Origin: Candidatus Altimarinota bacterium
GTDB lineage: Bacteria; Patescibacteriota; Gracilibacteria; JBDHUY01
Length of the DNA: 22,066 nt
Direction of reading: 5' to 3'
Assembly: GCA_039809385.1 (NCBI GenBank)
Contig: JBDHUY010000022.1
Coordinates: 1 to 22,066, forward strand
The notes under the pieces are model-generated. The model had not been told where the DNA came from. It made no database searches and was given only the letters and a program-made list of their open reading frames with translations. Made by a program: the position numbers and the translations under genes. Below, piece by piece: positions 13,976 to 20,899 of this stretch (within the stretch, counting starts at the first letter, position 1; each line of letters begins with the position of its first letter).

Positions 13976-14791
13976 ATGAAACTCTCGATCAGCATTCTTC
14001 TCTACAAAAGCAAAGAGGCCGGCGATCAATGTCTCAAAACGATTCTGCAATATCCGCCCAGTTGCGAATTCGAAATTTTTGTTTCCGACAACGCTTCGGG
14101 CGACGGGGCTATTTCCTATTTACAGGAGCGCTGGGGAGGAAAGGCTACTATCACATTCGTTCAAAATGAACGTAACTGGGGATTTGGGAAAGCGCACAAC
14201 CTGATTTTTAAAAAAGCCCGGGGGGAATATTTTCTGATCCTCAATCCGGATATCGAGGTACGTGCCGGGACGCTGGATCGCTTAATAGCGTATCTCGATA
14301 CCCATCCCGAAGCCGGGCTGGTTGCGCCGCAACTTATTTATGAAGACGGCGTGGTTCAGGATTCCTACCGCCGGTTTCCCGCGCTCGTGGATCAAACGAT
14401 CAAACGTACTTTTTTACGTAAAATTCCATGGCTCAAAAACCGGGTTCGCTGGTATCTGATGTGGAATAAGGATAAGGAAAAGACCGAACCGGTGGACTGG
14501 CTGGTGGGCGCTTTTTTGATGATTCGACGCGACGTCTTTGAGCACTTGAAAGGGTTTGACGAGCGCTATTTCTTGTTTATGGAAGATCTGGATCTGTGCC
14601 GGCGTATCTGGGGCAAAGGGTATAAAGTTGTGTACCACCCCGAAAGCAAAGCCATGCACCACCACGAGCGTTTAAGCGCCGGAGGGATTCGGGAGGTTTT
14701 CCGTAAAAAGACGTTGCGCATTCATATTGTCAGCGCCGCGAAGTATTTTTTGAAATGGGCGTTCCGACGGAAAGGCAAGAGCGGTCAGTAG
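13976..14791 (+). CDS. Glycosyltransferase family 2 (WbbL-like rhamnosyltransferase candidate)
   Basis: VSDNASGD, NWGFGKAHN, LILNPDI, VDWLVGAFLMIRR, GFDERYFLFMEDLDLCRR. Likely start is MKLSIS at 13976. Confidence 0.93.
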   Translation: MKLSISILLYKSKEAGDQCLKTILQYPPSCEFEIFVSDNASGDGAISYLQERWGGKATITFVQNERNWGFGKAHNLIFKKARGEYFLILNPDIEVRAGTLDRLIAYLDTHPEAGLVAPQLIYEDGVVQDSYRRFPALVDQTIKRTFLRKIPWLKNRVRWYLMWNKDKEKTEPVDWLVGAFLMIRRDVFEHLKGFDERYFLFMEDLDLCRRIWGKGYKVVYHPESKAMHHHERLSAGGIREVFRKKTLRIHIVSAAKYFLKWAFRRKGKSGQ

Positions 14792-14813
14792 GGGCAGACC
14801 CATGTGTCTGCCT
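14788..14813 (+). repeat. GTAG-type REP-like hairpin overlapping the GT2 stop codon
   Basis: GTAG-GGGCAGAC-CCATGT-GTCTGCCT. The TAG within GTAG (14789-14791) is the stop codon. Confidence 0.8.
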
Positions 14814-14846
14814 TCCTCGGGAAAATCGTTTATTATGCGGCGATCT

Positions 14847-14990
14847 GTCATCCCGGCTTGTCCGGGATCCGAAAACACGCTTAGTGACTAGTAGATATCA
14901 AATCTCACATTCCCAGTGAGTAAATTGAACACCACTCTCGTTCACCATTGTACTAAGCGTCCCGGGACTCTTCGCTGCGCTCAGCGTGAC
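14847..14990. repeat. Composite GTCA-REP doublet, unit 1
   Basis: Left arm GTCATCCCGGCTTGTCCGGGATCC (14847-14870); right arm CCCGGGACTCTTCGCTGCGCTCAGCGTGAC (14961-14990). Confidence 0.85.
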
Positions 14991-15026
14991 ATTGAAAGCA
15001 GGATGAGGAAAGAATCCCCAAGTCCC

Positions 15027-15200
15027 GTCATCCTGGCTTGTCCAGAATCCAGGGACACACTAAACATGTTAAATGTACTCAATGACGGGTAATTCCATTT
15101 GGAAAGTTGTACATCCCCGATCATGAAATCAGTCTGAACGATACTTCCATCCACCAGCGTCACAACTGTACCCGGGACTCTTCGCTTTGCTCAGAGTGAC
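15027..15200. repeat. Composite GTCA-REP doublet, unit 2
   Basis: Left arm GTCATCCTGGCTTGTCCAGAATCC (15027-15050); right arm CCCGGGACTCTTCGCTTTGCTCAGAGTGAC (15171-15200, 27/30 identical to unit 1). Confidence 0.85.
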
Positions 15201-15245
15201 CGGGGCAGTTGATGATCCGTTTTAACAGATATCTGAACTTTACGC

Positions 15246-15274
15246 TTGGGATTTGTCCGTTTTTGGCGTATTAT
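15246..15274 (+). promoter_or_regulatory. Putative sigma70 promoter of the HD-domain gene
   Basis: TTGGGA-17 bp-TATTAT upstream of the ATG at 15299. Confidence 0.4.
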
Positions 15275-15298
15275 CTCAGAAGCAATTTTTGTATTTCT

Positions 15299-16858
15299 AT
15301 GTCGTTTCCTCAGGAACCGCACGTGCCGGAAGATTCGCTTCTAGCCTGGCTCAAAACGCCCAAACCGTACCGTCCCTATCCCCACGGCCAAGTCTTTGAG
15401 TCGTTGTGTCTTTTTTTCCGGCCCAAAGGTATTTTTCCGAATGCCTTCCGCTATGTGCCGCGCCCTTTGCAAGAACATTACCGTTCCCGCGTGCCACTCC
15501 TGCTGAGTGAATCGGATACGTTTTCCACCCGTTCGTTCTCTTTCTCGGAACTTACCGGCATGATCGACGAAATTATCGACTATCTTGAATACGTAGAACA
15601 AGAAGTACGTTCGTATACGTGTCCATACCATAATACCACCCATAATGTTGAAGTGCTGCATCGCGATCTGCTGATCTGGCTGGCTGATCGCGAGTATGCC
15701 TATCGTTATAAGAAAGACTTCCTTAGGGCGATTCCCGAAACAGAACTGGCAACGAAATTGCCGGTTACAGCTCATTTGAGAAAAAGTCTCGATAAGGTCT
15801 ACCGAAAGCCCCGAGGTCTCGTGCCCAGTATCCGGGTAGTGGTCAAAGCTCTTCTGGCTCTCAATGTTCCTTCGTGTCGTCTTGCCGAACGTATCGTGAG
15901 CCGTTTGTTTCACGACTGCGACCATACCGGCCGGACGCTCAAAGTAATTCCGCAGGATTTCCGGATAGACAATTCCACGGTGCAAAGAGATCCGCGTTCC
16001 CGTAACCGGTTTTTTCTGCGAGTGAAACTCCATCGCCGCGGCGAACGAGTTTCGCTTACTCTTCAGGGGCAAAAACTGCTGCTAGATCCGTGGCTGATTC
16101 GCCTTCAAGAAGGTGGCGGAACGATTGTGCTGGACGAGCAGGTTTTTCTGTTGCGTCAGGATGCGCGGGGCAATTCTTTCTTACGGGTCTATTCGCCGTA
16201 TAATCTGGCTCGTGATACCAACGAAGAGGTTGCAACGAACGAAGCGATCGCGTTCGCGATCAAAAAAGGCATGACGTTTCCGCAGCTTCTCAGGATTAAT
16301 AGCGATATTATCTCTTCGACGGTAGGGTATGCTGATATACAGCCTGATCCGGATGATTCTACCGCGCTGTGTTTTTCGTATGGCGCGGATATGGGGAATT
16401 ATGCGTATTCGTTTGAACGCTATTTGGTCCGGACGATCAAATTGATGAGTGAGTTTCCGCATATAGGGCAGAAGCCGGGGCGTCTGGTGCGTCCGGGGAG
16501 CGTTTTTGAGTGGCTGGTGAACGAGTACAACTGGTGGAATCGGGTGGTGGTTCCGCGAATTCAGACGCTTCCGGCGGTTGAAACGGTTTTTGGAGCAAGG
16601 CTGGAGTCAAAAGTAATGATATTGAAAGAATTGGAGGATTTGGTTTTGTCGATTGGGATGAAGTTTTGGCGAAATACTTTTGGCGGGAAATCGCCTAAAG
16701 TTTCTCGAGATATACTAAAACAGCACCCGGAGAGGCTGGATGCTGTTTTGTATTGGTGGACGAGAAATGAGTTGCCTAAGAATCAGTATGAAGTGAAGTT
16801 GAAAATGGTGCTGGAGAAGTTACGAAAGTTGCGAAAGTATTCACTTGAAAAATTTTAA
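15299..16858 (+). CDS. HD-superfamily metal-dependent phosphohydrolase, class I cyclic-nucleotide phosphodiesterase-like, 519 aa
   Basis: PYHNTTHNVEV, LFHDCDHTG, NEEVA, DIISST, GADMGNY, LMSEF appear in PDE order. Likely start is MSFPQEP at 15299. Confidence 0.75.
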   Translation: MSFPQEPHVPEDSLLAWLKTPKPYRPYPHGQVFESLCLFFRPKGIFPNAFRYVPRPLQEHYRSRVPLLLSESDTFSTRSFSFSELTGMIDEIIDYLEYVEQEVRSYTCPYHNTTHNVEVLHRDLLIWLADREYAYRYKKDFLRAIPETELATKLPVTAHLRKSLDKVYRKPRGLVPSIRVVVKALLALNVPSCRLAERIVSRLFHDCDHTGRTLKVIPQDFRIDNSTVQRDPRSRNRFFLRVKLHRRGERVSLTLQGQKLLLDPWLIRLQEGGGTIVLDEQVFLLRQDARGNSFLRVYSPYNLARDTNEEVATNEAIAFAIKKGMTFPQLLRINSDIISSTVGYADIQPDPDDSTALCFSYGADMGNYAYSFERYLVRTIKLMSEFPHIGQKPGRLVRPGSVFEWLVNEYNWWNRVVVPRIQTLPAVETVFGARLESKVMILKELEDLVLSIGMKFWRNTFGGKSPKVSRDILKQHPERLDAVLYWWTRNELPKNQYEVKLKMVLEKLRKLRKYSLEKF

Positions 16859-16867
16859 CTGGCAATT

Positions 16868-16889
16868 CCCTGTGGTCTCTGTCACAGGG
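16868..16889. terminator. Hairpin between convergent genes, possible terminator
   Basis: CCCTGTG-8 nt-CACAGGG in the 41-bp gap between two converging stop codons. There is no clean U tract. Confidence 0.5.
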
Positions 16890-16899
16890 TGATTCATTT

Positions 16900-19800
16900 T
16901 TACGATTTTTGCGGAGGAAAAAATATGTGAGCCATTTGTGCTTGTTCTAGCGCCAGTTGTATCCGTTTTTCATACGGTAACTCGGTATCTGCAAGAATTC
17001 TTTGAATCTGTTGTAGCGATGAAGCCGCGACAGTCGCCAATTGATCACCTTTTGCTACCTGAGCCTTCAAACTCAGAACGTGTTCTTCGAGTACAGTTAT
17101 AACTTTTTCAAGTAAAGCGCGTTCCGTATTTGGAGACAGAACTTGTCCTTCGATAGGTCCTTGAGGATACAGTGCCACTCCGGTTCTGCTGTCATATTTA
17201 GGTGGTACACTGGGAGATAATTCGGAAGGATTCCTTATAGCTGTGAGTTGTTGGCTGTCATTAGTAGAATTGGGTCTAGTCTCAACCCTCATAGGGGCAA
17301 CAAATGGTTGAGTTCCGACGGGTACCATAGAGCTGGTTGAAATCGCATTAAATGTTTTTTCACTGTATTGTTTTAATGGTTCCGCCAGCAAAGGAAATAC
17401 ATCTTTCTTGAGCATTTCCATTATTCCCGGGGAGAGTGGTCGTATCTGACCCTGTTCAATCGTATGCCATTCATTCAAAATATTCAGCGTTCGTACAGAG
17501 ATCTCGTTCTTCTGTGCAAGCTGTTCGGGATGTGTGACGGCAAGTTTTGCTTGAGATATCAGTTCCCGATTCGTAGCCTTTTGAAAGAGTTTTGCAATAC
17601 TTTCTGCCAGGATCTCTGATGAAACAGTATATGTTTTCTTATTACGTCTCTCAGAGGACACAACTAGGAGACGATCAACCAATTTCCATAATTGCTCAAT
17701 TAGTTGTTTCTCGCGGTTTAATTCACGTTTATAATCCGGGAAAAGTTTAGCCGTTTGTTGCGCTGTTTGAATGCCCGAATCCTGATTAAGTTGTATGGTT
17801 CTGTCATTTTCGGTTTGAGCATTGTCGAGTTTTGCGCGTATTTCTAAAACCTTTGTTCTTGACTGAAAAATGCGTTCAAGTGTTCGAAAAACATGTTTGA
17901 AACATTCAATTTTCCCTAATCTGCTAATATCTTCCGATTCTGTATCGTTGTTTATATGTTGTATAAAGGATACTAGATCTGGAAAATCATGTATTTCGAG
18001 AGCTTCTACCATAAAATCGTAAACAATTTTCGCTGCCACAACATACCCATTCGCATTCAGATTGGACATCTCCAGCCCCGACAACTCCATGTTGTAATCG
18101 TATACTTCGAGGTGTTGTAAGGCTGAATCTGTAACAGGTTCTCGGGGCATATATAGTTGAAGGAGTCCTTCCAATCTTTTTCCATGAGGATGATGAATTC
18201 CCGTAGTAGTTGCGCAGTCAGTTCGAAAAAACTTCGGGAGATCAACGATATTTGGATTAAATCCATAAGGTCCACCGCCCAGAATAGATGCCCATGCTGC
18301 TTTTGTTTCGATCGGTTTTCCATTTTGCTGTGCAGAATTTCCGACCATCATGCTCGGTACAATCGGAAGCATAATGCCGACCGGAACATGGACGGAATAA
18401 TTATTTGAAAATGCGATTTGTACAAAACCGATAACATCTTGCTGAAGAAATACGGATTCCAGATACGCAAGTTTGAGAAGGTCGCTTTTGGGAGCAACAG
18501 GTTTCCCTTTTTCAAAAGGTATGAATCCTACTAATTCTTCCCAAGCTTCTTTTTCATGTTTTGCCTCGACTGATTCATTAGAGTCTTTATCTGTTGTTCG
18601 TAATCCAATGTGTCCTAATCGCTTAAAAATGGTTTCTTTACAGAGGAAACTATAGATAGTTTTTCGTTTTTCATCTTCGTTAATATCGGGATTGGGAGGA
18701 AATTGAAATAGATCAACCAATCCATCAACTGCCTCTTTCCTGCTTATCTGTATATTTTTTCTGGCCCCTTCTCGTATAACAGATATAATAATCAGATCAT
18801 TATATAGTTCACGCGTGTGCAAGTCTTCAGGTTCTTTCTGTGTAATGCTTGGTTGAAAATGCAATAATTTTTCTATTTTCGCCAAGTATTCGGCTTTTAT
18901 GTTGTGATCTTTACTAATACCCGCTTTATTTTTAATTTTCTGTATGATCTCTTTATCATCGGATTTGTCAGTGATATCAAAAAAATCTCGTAAATCGGTT
19001 AAGTATGAAGCTACAAATGTTTTTTGAAGAGTATACCCGCCTAATTTTAAGAAGCGCTCAAAAGCTTGTTCTTTCTCGAGCGGTTTTGACAATTTATCTC
19101 TGAGTTGTTGAGTATTTAATAATGCTGCCGTTGACAATGCACCGAAAACACTTTTGTAGGTGTTCAGCGTAGAAAGATAACTATACAATGTCCAACCTTC
19201 TAAATTGAGTGATTGTCGTAACAGTTCGCAGGATTGTTGTAAAAACTCTTCTTCGGTTATAGCCTCGGCATCAAAATATCCGCGCAGTTGCGTAAGAGTA
19301 GGAATAAGTGTCTTTTTAAGTTTTGCTACCCTGTCTTGATCGGCCTGTTCGAATGCTTGTATTTTTTCTTCCTGATCCTTCAAAATATGGTTTATTCCTT
19401 CAGCTTGAACTGATTCCCCACGCTGTTTTTGGATGATCTGAAAACGTTGACCAGATAACCCGGATTGTCTTGCTATTTCTGCATGATCGGTTTCATCGTT
19501 GATATCGATCATGATTATATTCGCCGGAAATGCCTCCATGAGCCTGGCTTCAGTAATTCTATGGAGCTTTCTTTTATCAAGGTCAGACGTTTCTGTCGGA
19601 GCAAAGAGTCGAAAAGATGGGCTGGTGGCGATTGTGCGTTCACGGTTGCCGTCATGAAAGTTTATTTCTAGATGCTTAGGATAGCATTCTAAATTTACGG
19701 CGAGGCTGCCATCCCTCCCGTTTAGTTTCATTGTGTCATACTTAAAGGTTATATCCTTTTCTTGGAGATTAGTACCATAAAGGGTATTTATTTGCTCGAG

Positions 19801-20748
19801 ACATTGAAACAAAACTTTTCTTTTCTCTTCGTAGTCGAGTAGTTCTTGTTGGGCAATTTTTAGACGATCTGCGTGTTCCTGTTCCGGTACTTTTTCAAGG
19901 TTAAGAAATGTAAAATTACCCTGAGTGGATTCCATACCGCTTTTGAGAACATGGGCCTTTGCTTCCGGTTTCATTGTATGATATTTGATGACAATCAATC
20001 TATTTTTACTAGTATTGTCAACACTTTGATCTGCTAAATAATTAAGTATTTTTTCATAAACGCTGGTACGCACGATGTCCGCAATGAAAGGTTTGTTTTT
20101 ATGAAAATTATATTCTACGTTTAATCCCTCAAACTTATCCATTATCTTAAACATAAGGTCTATAGAATCAAACTGTATTCCCGATAGTGGTACTACTATT
20201 TGTGCTTTTCCAGGCTCTTTTGATACTCCATAGACAATATTTATAGACATTTCAAAATCCACGGTAGTGTCAAATAACGTTAAAGATAACGGTATCTTGC
20301 GTTTCTCCTCTCGTATCTCGAAATTCATTGCGTTCAAGAGCTTATTCAAACGCGTTTTCTCTTCGCTCATGTCCAACGGTATTATGTCAGATGGATCTAT
20401 TTCCACTTCCTCATGAATCAGTGTTTGTATATCGCTTCCATCAGATTTATTCTTGTCGGAACTCTCATCCTCTCCGACTTCTCCGGCAAAAGCTAACTTG
20501 TCCGTCTTAGTCATAACAACTGTTGGCTTTTTGTCAAAATCGTCATATCCCCCTGCAGCCGCCGGTACTCCCGGGAAAGCGACTTGTCTAGCTTCTTCAA
20601 TCTGCTCAGGCGAAAGAGCCTTGGTTGCATCTGAATTCCCTCCCGTCGCATTCACCACCTGGTCCACAGCGTTTGAACTAGAATTAGTACCGGATTGTAA
20701 TCCTTCTATAGTATCATCGGTCCCATCGGGAACTCCATTCATTGTCAT
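16900..20748 (-). CDS. Large low-GC hypothetical protein, 1282 aa
   Basis: Uninterrupted 3.85-kb ORF with an acidic low-complexity N-terminus, coiled-coil-like segments and a near-consensus promoter. No confidently recognised domain. Confidence 0.88.
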   Translation of the reverse strand: MTMNGVPDGTDDTIEGLQSGTNSSSNAVDQVVNATGGNSDATKALSPEQIEEARQVAFPGVPAAAGGYDDFDKKPTVVMTKTDKLAFAGEVGEDESSDKNKSDGSDIQTLIHEEVEIDPSDIIPLDMSEEKTRLNKLLNAMNFEIREEKRKIPLSLTLFDTTVDFEMSINIVYGVSKEPGKAQIVVPLSGIQFDSIDLMFKIMDKFEGLNVEYNFHKNKPFIADIVRTSVYEKILNYLADQSVDNTSKNRLIVIKYHTMKPEAKAHVLKSGMESTQGNFTFLNLEKVPEQEHADRLKIAQQELLDYEEKRKVLFQCLEQINTLYGTNLQEKDITFKYDTMKLNGRDGSLAVNLECYPKHLEINFHDGNRERTIATSPSFRLFAPTETSDLDKRKLHRITEARLMEAFPANIIMIDINDETDHAEIARQSGLSGQRFQIIQKQRGESVQAEGINHILKDQEEKIQAFEQADQDRVAKLKKTLIPTLTQLRGYFDAEAITEEEFLQQSCELLRQSLNLEGWTLYSYLSTLNTYKSVFGALSTAALLNTQQLRDKLSKPLEKEQAFERFLKLGGYTLQKTFVASYLTDLRDFFDITDKSDDKEIIQKIKNKAGISKDHNIKAEYLAKIEKLLHFQPSITQKEPEDLHTRELYNDLIIISVIREGARKNIQISRKEAVDGLVDLFQFPPNPDINEDEKRKTIYSFLCKETIFKRLGHIGLRTTDKDSNESVEAKHEKEAWEELVGFIPFEKGKPVAPKSDLLKLAYLESVFLQQDVIGFVQIAFSNNYSVHVPVGIMLPIVPSMMVGNSAQQNGKPIETKAAWASILGGGPYGFNPNIVDLPKFFRTDCATTTGIHHPHGKRLEGLLQLYMPREPVTDSALQHLEVYDYNMELSGLEMSNLNANGYVVAAKIVYDFMVEALEIHDFPDLVSFIQHINNDTESEDISRLGKIECFKHVFRTLERIFQSRTKVLEIRAKLDNAQTENDRTIQLNQDSGIQTAQQTAKLFPDYKRELNREKQLIEQLWKLVDRLLVVSSERRNKKTYTVSSEILAESIAKLFQKATNRELISQAKLAVTHPEQLAQKNEISVRTLNILNEWHTIEQGQIRPLSPGIMEMLKKDVFPLLAEPLKQYSEKTFNAISTSSMVPVGTQPFVAPMRVETRPNSTNDSQQLTAIRNPSELSPSVPPKYDSRTGVALYPQGPIEGQVLSPNTERALLEKVITVLEEHVLSLKAQVAKGDQLATVAASSLQQIQRILADTELPYEKRIQLALEQAQMAHIFFPPQKS

Positions 20749-20792
20749 AGTATTACATATTAGCGTGTATATACAAAAAGCAAAGGTAACAC

Positions 20793-20821
20793 ACTATAGT
20801 GAGATTCGTTACGTGTGTCAA
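20793..20821 (-). promoter_or_regulatory. Near-consensus sigma70 promoter of the 1282-aa gene
   Basis: Minus strand TTGACA-17 bp-TATAGT. Confidence 0.75.
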
Positions 20822-20829
20822 CGTCCAAT

Positions 20830-20858
20830 TTGATTTTACCCCATAATCGGGGTACTCT
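20830..20858 (+). promoter_or_regulatory. Putative divergent promoter with a palindrome in its spacer
   Basis: TTGATT-17 bp-TACTCT; TACCCC-N6-GGGGTA at 20837-20854. Confidence 0.45.
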
Positions 20859-20899
20859 GCAACCAGCTCCTGTTGCGTCCCTTGCCTTTTGCATCTCTC

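Noticed and set aside
14847-15200. tRNA, CRISPR mini-array or integron attC cassettes
   Set aside because: No T-loop or anticodon arm; spacing of 180-210 bp is too long for CRISPR spacers; no cassette ORFs or integrase.
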